From Acidimicrobiales bacterium (GTDB lineage: Bacteria; Actinomycetota; Acidimicrobiia; Acidimicrobiales; CATQHL01), in NCBI GenBank assembly GCA_965220035.1, contig CBDCPC010000001.1, forward strand, positions 1,640,118-1,704,117: 64,000 nt of DNA, in the 5' to 3' direction. Below the pieces are notes generated by a model. It worked only from the letters and a program-made list of their open reading frames with translations. It searched no databases and was not told the origin of the DNA. Positions 9,653 to 23,062 of this stretch are shown piece after piece (the stretch's first letter is position 1; every line of letters starts with the position of its first letter). The translations under genes and the position numbers were made by a program.

Positions 9653-11305
9653 TCAGGGCTCCCGGCCCGGCGAGGTGAGGATGCGGCCGCCAAACGGTGC
9701 CGGGGCGTGGAAGCGGCCATCGGCGTAGACGAGTTCGCCGTGCATCCAGACGGCGTCTATTCCCTCCGGTGCGATCAGCGGTTCGGTGAAGCTGTTGCGC
9801 TCCTGCACCGTCTGCCAGTCGAAGAGCACGAGGGAGGCGTCGACGCCCGGCTGCAGTACCGGGTCGTCCAGCCCCAGGAACCGGCACGGCAGCGTGCTCA
9901 TCCGGTAGACGATCTCCTGTAGCGGGATTCCCATCTCGCGGGCCATGCGCAATGCCTTCGGGAACGATCCGATGGAGCGGGGATGTGGCTTCTGGCCGGG
10001 GCCCGGCATGAGGCCGTCGGTGCAGATGGCCATGCTGGGCCGGCGGAAGAACCGCTCCACGGTGGCGTCGTTGCCGTAGTGGGTGATGATGGTGATCTCG
10101 CCCCGGTTGGCCACGAAGAAGTCGATGACCGCCTCGTGGGCGGCGAAGGACGTAAGGTCCCGGTGACCTGCAGCCCTCGCCACGTCCCCGAGTCGCTTGC
10201 CGAGGAACTCGTCCCCGACGCCGCTGCGGACGCCGGCGATCTGCACACCGTCCAGACCGCCGCAGAAATCCACGAAGTTGTCCCAGCTCGTCGTATCCCC
10301 GCGGATGCGCTCGTAGGCGTCCCGACGGGCCGCAGGGTCGCCGAGGCGGGCGAGGTACTCCTCCCGGAGGCCGGCGCGAATCTCCGGCGGGAAGATGGCG
10401 TCACCGGTGGTGCTGCCGGCGGGATAGGGGTACATGTTCTCCATCGTGGGGATGAAGTCGGCGGTCTCGTCGATGAGGGCGATCAGATCGTTGTACTTGT
10501 CCCAGTTGCGCCGTCCCGCGATCTTGCTGTGCTCGTTGCAGTAGCCGCCCCCACCCTCGAAAGCGGGGATGAGCACCTCGTTCAGTGCGGCCACGATCTC
10601 GTCGCTCTCCGAGCGCAGGTGCGGGAACAGCGCCCCCGGCTTGACGTCGTTGAAGGCCGACACGAGCAGCGTCAGTTCGCGCCGGTCGCAGTACACCGCC
10701 GGGTTGTAGACGAGCCCGGTGGACAGCCCCAGCGTCAGTGGCGCCTCCCGGCGGACCACCTCGCACATGTCCCGCAGTTCCTGGTTGTCGGCCACCCGGG
10801 CGAGGTTGCCCATGACCATGCGGCGCACGGCGCTGTGCCCGAGGTGGATGCCCATGTCGGTGACCGAGCGCCCGCGGTGCCAGGCGAGGAACTCCGCCAC
10901 CGTGGACCACGTCCAGGATGCGCCGATGGAGCCGTCGAGGGGCGTCAACTGGGCGGCGTACTCGTCGCGCTGGGCGGGCAGCACCGGTGCGGGCGACAGG
11001 CCGTCTGACCCGCAGATCCGTTTGGTGACGCCGCCCCGCAGCGCCATCTCGCAGGTGACCGGGATGCCATGCTCGCCGACGCGGGTGCCGCCGAGGGCGC
11101 CGTGGTTGTGCGTGTCCACGAACCCGGGCGCCAGGACCCGTCCCCGTCCCTCGATGACCCGGTCAGCCCCGCCGGCGCCGCTCGGCGCCACGTCGCCGAG
11201 TTGCACGATGCGGTCGCCGTCGATCAGCACGTCGCCCTCGAACGGCGCGGTCCGCCCGTCGCCGTTCACGATCACAACATCGGTGAGGAGTTGGCGAACG
11301 GCCAT
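9653..11305 (-). CDS. N-acyl-D-amino-acid deacylase family amidohydrolase
   Basis: APGFVDTHNH, GLSTGLVY.P, HLRSE, YPYPAGST, HPRSIGSFP motifs. Confidence 0.85.
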   Translation of the reverse strand: MAVRQLLTDVVIVNGDGRTAPFEGDVLIDGDRIVQLGDVAPSGAGGADRVIEGRGRVLAPGFVDTHNHGALGGTRVGEHGIPVTCEMALRGGVTKRICGSDGLSPAPVLPAQRDEYAAQLTPLDGSIGASWTWSTVAEFLAWHRGRSVTDMGIHLGHSAVRRMVMGNLARVADNQELRDMCEVVRREAPLTLGLSTGLVYNPAVYCDRRELTLLVSAFNDVKPGALFPHLRSESDEIVAALNEVLIPAFEGGGGYCNEHSKIAGRRNWDKYNDLIALIDETADFIPTMENMYPYPAGSTTGDAIFPPEIRAGLREEYLARLGDPAARRDAYERIRGDTTSWDNFVDFCGGLDGVQIAGVRSGVGDEFLGKRLGDVARAAGHRDLTSFAAHEAVIDFFVANRGEITIITHYGNDATVERFFRRPSMAICTDGLMPGPGQKPHPRSIGSFPKALRMAREMGIPLQEIVYRMSTLPCRFLGLDDPVLQPGVDASLVLFDWQTVQERNSFTEPLIAPEGIDAVWMHGELVYADGRFHAPAPFGGRILTSPGREP

Positions 11306-11520
11306 CACCGCACGGTACCGGCCATCCCGCTGTGGGCGAGGGTGCGTCCCGGACAGGGCGACGGGGAGTCGTCGGCCCGAGGTTCGGTTGAGCGGCAATT
11401 GCAGGTCCATCGGTGCCTTCGCACCAATGGGGAGTGCTGACTCGGCCGGTCGGCCTGTCCTGAGCGCGATCTTGCGGCTCCCCACGACGACTGGCCGATG
11501 ATGCCGGGACGCGGCGACCT

Positions 11521-11526
11521 TAGGCT
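11521..11526 (+). promoter_or_regulatory. -10 hexamer TAGGCT, leaderless dtd promoter
   Basis: TAGGCT 6 nt before the GTG start, no RBS; same arrangement at the second dtd copy (25597-25602). Confidence 0.55.
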
Positions 11527-11532
11527 GGACGT

Positions 11533-11970
11533 GTGCGAGCACTGGTGCAGCGGGTCGCGCAGGCTCGCGTGCGGGTGGACGGCCACGTGGTCGGCGAGAT
11601 CGGTCCGGGGCTGTGCTGCCTGGTCGGGGCGACCCACGGCGACGACCGCGACAGCGCGGTGAAGCTGGCCGCCAAGGTCTGGCACCTGCGGATCTTCGCT
11701 GACGAGAACGGTCACATGAACCGGTCGGTGGCCGAGGTCGGCGGCGAGGTTTTGGTGGTCAGCCAGTTCACCCTCTACGGCGACACCCGCAAGGGTCGCC
11801 GGCCGTCGTTCGTCGCGGCCGCCGCCCCCGGCGAAGCGGCCCGGCTTATCGACGAAATGGTCACCGAGCTGCGGCGTCTGGGTGCAACCGTGGCGACCGG
11901 CTCCTTCGGATCCGCAATGGCGGTCGAACTGATCAACGACGGCCCCGTAACCCTGATGATCGAGGTCTGA
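11533..11970 (+). CDS. dtd: D-aminoacyl-tRNA deacylase
   Basis: MRALVQRV, SQFTL, GRRPSF and NDGPVT signature motifs. Confidence 0.96.
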   Translation: MRALVQRVAQARVRVDGHVVGEIGPGLCCLVGATHGDDRDSAVKLAAKVWHLRIFADENGHMNRSVAEVGGEVLVVSQFTLYGDTRKGRRPSFVAAAAPGEAARLIDEMVTELRRLGATVATGSFGSAMAVELINDGPVTLMIEV

Positions 11971-11979
11971 GCGGACTAT

Positions 11980-12250
11980 CAACTGCCACCGGGCCGGCCG
12001 GGGTGATCCGGGGGAGGGGTTGTTGCTGCGGTCATCGGTGGCTTCGCCCTGTGGCGCCACGCCGATACCGAACTGGCCGTCAATGCGGGTCAGCCGCTCG
12101 CGGCTCCCCACGCCTCGTAGTGAGATGGCCAAGCCCCGTGGCCAGTCGCGTGAGGCTCGCGCCCGTGTCCCGCTTGTGCTCGGCCAACCCGTCGCTCAGC
12201 CGGTCGATGCGTGTGGTGACCTCGTCGAGCCTCTCCCAGTTGGATCGCTT
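11980..12250 (-). pseudogene. Frameshifted remnant of a small coiled-coil protein gene
   Basis: Minus-strand frames give WERLDEVTTRIDRLSDGLAEH...LATGLGHLTT, then (shifted) RERLTRIDGQFG, resembling the C-termini of 47060-47290 (RERLARVEGHLG) and 26112-26552 (TRIDQLTT); no start found; boundaries approximate. Confidence 0.4.
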
Positions 12251-12329
12251 GATGAGTCCTGCTCGATGTAGTCGATTCTCGCGCAGTCAGGAATTCGTGT
12301 TCGATGCAAGTAGAGGTGAGGGGGACCCG

Positions 12330-12457
12330 TTTGTGAGTCCAGGTGTTATGGGTGTCCGGGTTGGTGTTGGTGCGGAGTGGGAGTTTGCGGTGGCGGATCG
12401 CCAGTACAGGGTGTTGTTGGCGCTGTGGTGCCTGCGGTCTTCTTGCCCCTACGATCG
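12330..12457 (-). mobile_element. Possible IS right-end remnant (IS256-like)
   Basis: Strongly G/T-skewed stretch ending in a TIR-like GAGTCCAGGTGTTATGGGTG; recognition is by resemblance only. Confidence 0.2.
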
Positions 12458-14113
12458 TCACTTGTCGTGGCTGGGCACGAGTTGCCCGAGCCCGAAGTGA
12501 CTCCCGTAGCCGAATGCGAGCGGTCCTCGCACCTCCACCGGGAACGAGATCTCGATGAAAGCACCGGCTGTGTCGTGCTGGCGCTCGCCACGCCGGGAAC
12601 GAAACCGGTGGAAGTGCAGCGGTGAACGCGGCGTACCGGCGATGCGGATCGCGGGCAGTTCGGATATCGCGACATCGTTGGTGTCAATCTGGAGACGTGC
12701 GTCAAATTGGCGGCGCGCGAGGAGGCGGCGCAGCTCTCCCGCGTGGCCGGCAGGCCCGAGATGCCCGGGCGCGATGAACGGGGTCGCGCTTCGCCATATG
12801 CGCGCGGTGGTGAAAATCGGAGCGGCGTTGGCGAAGTCTTCCGGCCGCGCAAATCCTTCCAAGGCCAGCGACCATTCTTCCGCGAGCGGGTGCCCTGCGG
12901 ATCCGGCGGGCGACCCGTTGCGCGGAGTCCATAGGCGTTGTATTCGCTGGAGTCGATGCTGCATCTCCAGAGAGAGCCCCGCCGCGACGAACACGGACAC
13001 ATGGTCGATCATTCCGTCGCCGTCGGCGTCCTCCGGCAGCCAGAAGGCGTGGGGGTGCGTTGGGTCAGAGATCGGCTTGCCGTCGCTGTCTCGTCCGGAG
13101 ATTTGCCACGGCGCGGCCGGTAGCTTTCGGCCGTCGGGGGCTGTGGTCCAGCCGAATCGTGAGAGAGCGGCGAGACGCATGAGTTCGCCGACTTTGACGG
13201 TGTCGAACACTGTCGGCCGCGGCCGCCCGACGAGCAGGTACCTCGCCACTGTCGGCAACGGTGCAGACTGCTGCGTAACGGCATGTGCCCGCCTCGCTGG
13301 CCGGACTCTCGGCACAGCATCGTCGTCGAGTGTGTACGGCACGCTGCGCGACGCCGGTGGCCTGTTCCAGCGGCACTCCTTGTAGTCGGCGGTCTCCAAC
13401 ATGAGCGCATCGAGGAGACGTTCGGGGAGCGTACTTACTCCGCCAGGGGTGTGGAACGCCGTCATTGCGGCGCCTGCGATGGATCGTCCTGCCGCCGCTT
13501 TGCCGCGTTTCTCTTGGATTTGTCCGGACTGTTCGGCGATGAGGCGTTGTCGCTGAGCCGCATAGGTGTCCGGCGGCAACGCCGCGAGCATCTCGATCGG
13601 CTGCTCCACGTCGTTGGGTTGCGCCGGCACGCAGTTGGGTTCGCCCGTCCAGTCGGCGATGGTGGTGCATTCCACCCAACTCTCCGAACGCCCGAGGTAG
13701 GAGAGCCCGCCGGCGAGTGCGCTCGCCAGGTCGTACAGGCCGGGCGCTAGCGTCATATCGGGCCAGGTCGCGACGAGCGTCGCACCGTCGGGCAGCCGAA
13801 TGAACGCGTCGAAGATCAGCGTCGTCGTCTCCTGTTTCCCCTTCCTGATGGGCATGTAGTGGCGTGTGTGCGCGTGGATGCCGCCTCGCGGTACCGAGTA
13901 CACGGGCAACGTGCCTGCGAGAGTGTCGATCAACGCGGCCAGATCCGCATCGCCAGCCTGCTGGCTCCGGTCTGTGCGCCAGTAGGCGGCGATCATGGCG
14001 CGGAGGATGCGCCAAGGCTCCGGAGGCCAGTCGACGGCGCCTTCGTTGACGCGCCGCCCCCAAGGGGTGCCGTGGTACCGGTTGGCGGGGAAAGTGAACT
14101 CGAGCGCGAACAC
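12458..14113 (-). CDS. csb2: Type I-G CRISPR-associated Cas5/Cas6 fusion Csb2
   Basis: RYHGTPW..WPPEPWRILRA N-terminus; C-terminal G-rich loop GPLAFGYGSHFGLG. Confidence 0.92.
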   Translation of the reverse strand: MFALEFTFPANRYHGTPWGRRVNEGAVDWPPEPWRILRAMIAAYWRTDRSQQAGDADLAALIDTLAGTLPVYSVPRGGIHAHTRHYMPIRKGKQETTTLIFDAFIRLPDGATLVATWPDMTLAPGLYDLASALAGGLSYLGRSESWVECTTIADWTGEPNCVPAQPNDVEQPIEMLAALPPDTYAAQRQRLIAEQSGQIQEKRGKAAAGRSIAGAAMTAFHTPGGVSTLPERLLDALMLETADYKECRWNRPPASRSVPYTLDDDAVPRVRPARRAHAVTQQSAPLPTVARYLLVGRPRPTVFDTVKVGELMRLAALSRFGWTTAPDGRKLPAAPWQISGRDSDGKPISDPTHPHAFWLPEDADGDGMIDHVSVFVAAGLSLEMQHRLQRIQRLWTPRNGSPAGSAGHPLAEEWSLALEGFARPEDFANAAPIFTTARIWRSATPFIAPGHLGPAGHAGELRRLLARRQFDARLQIDTNDVAISELPAIRIAGTPRSPLHFHRFRSRRGERQHDTAGAFIEISFPVEVRGPLAFGYGSHFGLGQLVPSHDK

Positions 14114-14117
14114 GGTG

Positions 14118-17413
<3,296 letters not shown>

Positions 17414-17424
<11 letters not shown>

Positions 17425-20020
17425 CGTCGTAGACCCCTTGCCGTTCGTTCGCCGAAGCACGCCAGTCCGCGACCCTGAGTATTGTTTCCAGCCAGGCGAG
17501 CCGGAACGGCCCGTATTCGGCCAGCAGATCGTGGGTGCGTTCGGTCCAACTCTGCCTTGTCTGTGGCGATTCGCCGAGTTCCATCACCGAGAGGGTGAGT
17601 TGTCCGCCTCGCCACGCCTCCCCGCCTCCGAGGTCGAAGGCCGGCAACTCGTCGTCCTCGTGGATCCCGCGTGCGAAGCGCACATCCTGACTATTGCCTC
17701 CCGCCGGTTGGCGCTCCTTCGGCAGAGCCCGCAGCGACATGCGTACCTTGCCGTGGTGCGCGGCGACAAGGTAGGCGACGAGGTCTCCATCGCGGTGCCA
17801 GTCGGTGCTCGCCAAGAACGCCAGCGCGGAGGCGAGTTCGTGGCGGAAGTACGGCCGACTGTGGCGAAGTTTGCTCTTCACGGTCTTCGCCAACGGCTCG
17901 CTGCCCGCGGCGGCGTCGTCGGGTAGACCTCGACGCATGGTGTCCTGGAACACCTCGTGGATCTTGCCGAGGTCGTGCCAGCGGGCCGCCCGGAGCAATG
18001 CTGCCTCCTCCGGTCCTGCTATGCCGAGTTGCTCGCAGAGCGTCTCAGCCTCTTTCTCTACGTGCGCGAGATGATTCGCCAGCGTGACGCACCGCGCCCC
18101 CTCGCTGAGCGGATCAGCGCCGTGGAGGTCGGATTCCCCGCTGTGGGCACTCCGAGTGAGGCGACTCCCGGTGTGATCGTCGCTTGCCCCGGTGCTGTCG
18201 AGCGGTTCCGGACGGTGCCGGATTTTGCCGGTGAACCCTGAATCGGCGCTGTAACCACCCGCGGCCACATCCGCCAGCAACGTCATGCCCGGCCACAGGC
18301 GGCGCTCAGTGAAATGCGTCCAGCCTGACGCGGCAAGCCCGTTCTCGCCGCGGGCCTGCGGGTCGCTGACGAACAGCAACCGCCTCTGCCCGGCTTTCTC
18401 CTCCTTGCGGACTGCCTTCAGCCAGTCTGAGGCAGCACGGATGGGTGCACAGCAGAGTTCCTCGGGGGTCGGCCGCAGCGGTCCGTCTCCGACTGCACTG
18501 AGGTCACGCCAGAAGACGCGGATGTCAACATCGTCGCCGTCACGGATGTACGCGGACACATCCACATCGAACCCCGTGAGGTCGGGGTCGGTGTTGAACA
18601 GGTCGTAGAGGTCCTTGCGGCGTAGCACTCTCCGTGAGGGTTGGAGTTCGGTCACCGGCGGCAAACATGCCGGTGCCGCGTCGACCAGCGTCTCCAAGCG
18701 AGCGCGAGCGTCCTCCAAGTCCTCCGCCCGGTAGGGCAAGGCGATGGCGTCACGGTCGGATCCCTCGATGTCACCGAGCAGGTCGACCCAGCGGATGTCG
18801 GCGGCAGGAAGTTCGGCATATCTGTTGGCGCGCCCGAAGCGCTGTACCAGGGACGGCCACGGCGCAAGTTCGGTGATGAGCAGCGCCGCAGAAATGTCGA
18901 CTCCGGCCTCCACCGCCTGCGTCGCCACGACGATTCTGTCGGCACCGGACGTGCCGCCAGCGACCCGCAAGGCCTCGCGGCGCTCCGTCGGTCGGAAGCG
19001 TCCGTGCAGCAAGACGATGGTCGTCGCGCCCTTCTCCTGGGCGGCTACCGCCTTGACCAGCCGGGAGTGCAGCTCCTGCGCCCGCTGCACCCGGTTGAGA
19101 AGCACCAGGGTCAGCGTTCCCGGCGTGTGATCATCCAGCACCAAGTTGGTCAGTTCGTCCAAATAGGCGCGCTCGTCGCTCGTGGACGCGGAGCGGGGCC
19201 GGGGAGGGGCAGCGCTGAGCCGCTTCGGTGCATGCAACAGGCGTCGTGTCCGATCGTCGTGTTCCATGAGAGACTTCATGGGCATGACCGCCTCCCCGGT
19301 CGGGGCAGGGAAGTCGACGGTCTGCAACCACCTGGGGTCGAGAGTCGCCGAGACCCAGAGACTTTGCGCCCTTACCGGCGCTGGGTGACAGTCGTTGCGC
19401 GGGGTGGATTCGTCTCGTCGAAACGCCTCGAGTTGGGCCGATGTCGCGCGGCCGGCTCCCATGAGTTGCACCTCGTCGAACACCCACAGCGCGTCGTGAT
19501 GCAACAGGGCGAATTCCATTGGCCAGATTGCCCGTCCGGAGGCGTATCCCCGCATGAGCGCACGGCTGAGGAGCATGTCCTGGGTGCCGACAATGACAGC
19601 TGTACGCTCCGGTGTCTCAAGCCAGGGTGCCGCCTTGGCGCCACCCATGAGAATATTCACGTCGCCGGGCCCGGGAAGGGCCACATGGTCACCACACCGG
19701 TCGTGGATGTTCTGGCACCACATCGAGATCGCGCCCGCCGTCTGTTCGACGAGAGCGCGTGTCGGCAGGCACCACACGAGGCGCCGCGGCGTTCCGGGTA
19801 CCTGCAGGCGATGCACCATCCAGCCGAGCACAACAGCGGCTGTCTTCCCCGCACCCGTCGGGGCGGACAGGACTTCCGGCCACGCACGCGTCGCCAGTTC
19901 ACGTTGCCACAGGTATGGACGACCATCGCGCCCGAGAGCAGCTGCGTACAGGATGTCGACCGCGCCATCTCTGAGTTCGTGTCCGGTCAAGGGTGGTTGA
20001 TTCGACATCTCAGGAGCCAA
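17414..20020 (-). CDS. cas3: Cas3 helicase/nuclease with C-terminal HD domain (type I-G)
   Basis: APTGAGKT, DEVQ, SAT, QRFGRANR helicase motifs; HD motif WHDLGK and AHHGK at the C-terminus; alternative ATG at 20008. Confidence 0.94.
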
Positions 20021-20061
20021 GCCTCTTGCTCAAGTTCGGGGCGATCTGCACTATGGGGACA

Positions 20062-20119
20062 GCCAGTTCGATCGGTTGGTGCACGGTTCCGATCATGATG
20101 ACCACTGCCAGAACGAGCA
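20062..20119. repeat. 58-bp dispersed repeat, copy 1 (upstream of cas3)
   Basis: 52/58 identical to 55104-55161 by manual alignment. Confidence 0.8.
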
Positions 20120-20849
20120 AGCCGATTGATCGATCAGCATGCCAAGATCACCGCAGGTTTTGCGTGAACGCGCGGAATTTTCTGGGCGCTGATTTGGAAT
20201 CCGGTGATGACCTGTGCAGCGATCGCTCGCCAGGTCAGCCGACTGGTCGCCTTCAGCGGCGGCTGTGGCCCCTACCCCCGGCGAGCGTGAAGCGCTCCCC
20301 AGCGGCGAACCGGCGACGACCGGGGCTGTGCTGCTGGAGGTCCCGGGCTGGTGCGGGACCGGACGACTCGAGAAGTCGGGCCGAGGTGTTCGCTTGAGGC
20401 CGCGTGGGTTGATCTGGCCGTCGGGGCGTGGCCTGCCGCAAATCCTTGGAGATGACTGACCAGACCATCGAGGCGCGGGCGCTGGCTCTGCGCCCCAACG
20501 AGTGCTTCCATACGCGGCGTCGACGCAGGCGCTGCCATCGGTGCCGAATACCTCGATCCTGACCGCCGGGGCCAACACGTCCCGCCGCCCAGCGGTCAGC
20601 GACCGCTGGGCGGCGAGCCACTGGGAGGAGACGCGAAGCATCGGCGTCCACGTCCGCTACTCGATGATCGAATTGCCCCAACGCAACACCTGCTACTCGA
20701 GACCGGTCATGATGTTGGTAGCTACGACCCCGTGGCGAACATCGCCGGGCGCCTCGAATGTGATCGCGGAGGGTTCGGATCGCGTATGAATCAGCGATCG
20801 AGTGGGTGGTCGATTTGAGTTCGACTTCCACGTCCGCGACAGTCTGGAG

Positions 20850-22568
20850 ATGATTCGGACCGTTCCCGAGTCCTTGATGGCCGAGTCAGCCCAACCGGCC
20901 GCAGAGTTCTCCGAGCCCCTAGAAGTACCGGAACTCATTCCGGCCAGGATGCTGAATGAGTTCATCTATTGCCCGCGGCTGTTCTACTTGGAGTGGGTGA
21001 GCGTTCTCTGGGCTCCCAATCCCGATACGGCGGCGGGACGCTTCACTCATCGCGTCGTGGATCGCGGCGGCGGCGCCGCACCAGAGCCCGAGGACGATGT
21101 TCTTACTGAGGCCCGTGCGGTGGCGGTGTCGTCGGAGCGGTTGGGCCTCACGGCTGTGATCGACTTGATTGAGGGGGAAAACGGCAAGGTTCGTCCCTTG
21201 GACTACAAGCGCGGGAGCGTGCCGGACATCGCCTTCCAAGCGTGGGACACTGATCGCGCTCAACTGTGTGTGGCCGGACTGTTGCTGCGAGAGGAGGGGT
21301 ACGAATGCGATGAGGGGGTCATCTACTATGCCCAGAGCCGTAGGCGGATCTATGTCGAGTTCGACGAAGAACTGATCTCTGACACTCTCCGCGCTCTCGA
21401 CGAACTGCGGGAGGTAGCCGCGAGGAGCGAGTCTCCGCCTCCTCTGGTGGACAGCCCGAAGTGTCCCCGGTGCTCGCTCGTGGGTATATGCCTTCCCGAT
21501 GAGGTAAATCTGCTCTCCGGGCGTTCGAGTCACACACCTAGACGACTCGTGCCGCGTGACCTGCAGTCCCGTCCTCTCTATGTGACCGAGCAGGGTGCCT
21601 GGATCAAGAAGAAGGGTGGTCGTCTGGAGGTGAAGGTCGGGGACGATATCGCCAGTTCGTTGCGACTGATCGACATATCACAGCTCTGCCTTTTCGGGAA
21701 CGTGCAGGTATCTTCTCAGGCTGTGCGGGAACTGTTGACGCGGGACATTCCAGTGTGTTGGTTCAACTATGGGGGAATGTTCATCGGGATGGCCACCGGG
21801 TTGTCGTCCAAGCATGTCGAGTTGCGGCGCCGTCAGGTAATCAACGCCTACGGGGGGAATGTGAGAATTGCCTCTGCAGTCATTAGTGCCAAGATCGCTA
21901 ACTCCCGGACGATGTTGCGCCGAAACGCAAAGAAGTCGGTGGACAAGCGCGTGATGGACTCCCTGAAGTCGTTGATGCAGAAGGCTGAGTCGTGTGAGTC
22001 GATACCGGAACTCCTAGGGATTGAAGGTGCGGCAGCAAGAGACTACTTTATGAACCTACCGTCAATGTTGAATGCTCCAGAGGCACTCCCGGGTCGTGAA
22101 TTCAGTTTCCAGGGCAGGAATCGCAGACCACCACGCGATGCGGTGAACTGCCTGCTATCGTTTGTCTACTCACTCCTCACGAAAGAGGTTACAGCAACAA
22201 CGTTTGCAATCGGTTTCGACCCTTATTTGGGATTCTTCCACCGCCCGAGATTCGGTCGTCCGGCGCTTGCGCTTGATCTCGCAGAGGAGTTCAGGCCGCT
22301 GGTTGCTGACTCGACAGTGCTGACGTTGATCAACAATGGAGAGATCAAGCCCAGCCACTTCGTCGCTCGGGCTGGGGGTGTCAGCTTGACATCGGACGGG
22401 CGCAAGAAAGTGTTCAGGGCATACGAAAGGCGACTTGAAATAGAGGTTGCGCACCCCGAGTTTGGATACCGGATCACTTATCGCCGCGTGATCGAAGTCC
22501 AAGCCCGATTGCTGGCCGCTTTGTTTTTGGGCGAGATCCCCCGGTATAAGCCGTTCGTAACACGTTAG
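20850..22568 (+). CDS. cas1: Cas4/Cas1 fusion
   Basis: Cas4 motifs YCPRLFY, DYKRG, QL, CPRCSLVGIC; Cas1 motifs LLGIEGAAA, RRPPRDAVNCLLS, DLAEEFRP; start could be 20802, 20850 or 20877. Confidence 0.95.
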   Translation: MIRTVPESLMAESAQPAAEFSEPLEVPELIPARMLNEFIYCPRLFYLEWVSVLWAPNPDTAAGRFTHRVVDRGGGAAPEPEDDVLTEARAVAVSSERLGLTAVIDLIEGENGKVRPLDYKRGSVPDIAFQAWDTDRAQLCVAGLLLREEGYECDEGVIYYAQSRRRIYVEFDEELISDTLRALDELREVAARSESPPPLVDSPKCPRCSLVGICLPDEVNLLSGRSSHTPRRLVPRDLQSRPLYVTEQGAWIKKKGGRLEVKVGDDIASSLRLIDISQLCLFGNVQVSSQAVRELLTRDIPVCWFNYGGMFIGMATGLSSKHVELRRRQVINAYGGNVRIASAVISAKIANSRTMLRRNAKKSVDKRVMDSLKSLMQKAESCESIPELLGIEGAAARDYFMNLPSMLNAPEALPGREFSFQGRNRRPPRDAVNCLLSFVYSLLTKEVTATTFAIGFDPYLGFFHRPRFGRPALALDLAEEFRPLVADSTVLTLINNGEIKPSHFVARAGGVSLTSDGRKKVFRAYERRLEIEVAHPEFGYRITYRRVIEVQARLLAALFLGEIPRYKPFVTR

Positions 22569-22594
22569 CGAGTCGTCGCGAAGGAGAGAGAGTC

Positions 22595-22888
22595 ATGGCG
22601 CGACAGCGGTACTTGATTGGATACGACATCTGTGAGCCGAAACGACTCCGAAATGTTCACAAGGTGATGTGCAGCTACGGTGATCCGCTTCAGTACTCTG
22701 TATTCGTGTGCGACTTGGATGGTGTTGAACGACTGGATATGCAACAGGACCTCGCTGCTATCATCCATCACAATGAGGACAGTGTTCTGATTGTCGACTT
22801 AGGGCCTGCCCGGACACGGGGTGAAGAGTGCTTCACGTTCATGGGCGTCCAGCCAGTGCTTCCGTCCGGCGAAGCGGCTATCGTCTGA
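22595..22888 (+). CDS. cas2: CRISPR-associated endonuclease Cas2
   Basis: YLIGYDI...YG..LQYSVF; AAGGAG upstream. Confidence 0.95.
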   Translation: MARQRYLIGYDICEPKRLRNVHKVMCSYGDPLQYSVFVCDLDGVERLDMQQDLAAIIHHNEDSVLIVDLGPARTRGEECFTFMGVQPVLPSGEAAIV

Positions 22889-23062
22889 ACGCTGCGAGGG
22901 GTCCGGTGGCTGATATTCTCGTGGGCAGCCCTCGAAACAGGCTCTGGCCTGGGATTTCGGGCAGTAGATCCTTGACAATCGACGCTATCCTCCTGTATCC
23001 CTCTGGGAGCGCTCGAATCACCGAGAGTATCCCCAGGTCAAACCCCCTTTTCTAAGGGAGCG
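22889..23062 (+). promoter_or_regulatory. CRISPR leader
   Basis: Non-coding gap between cas2 and the first repeat with TTGACA and TATCCT-like promoter elements; the degenerate repeat lies at the far end of the array. Confidence 0.7.

Noticed and set aside
20093-20831. ORFs in the cas3-cas4/1 gap as an anti-CRISPR, WYL or other regulator
   Set aside because: No recognisable motifs; Arg/Pro/Ala-rich composition in all frames
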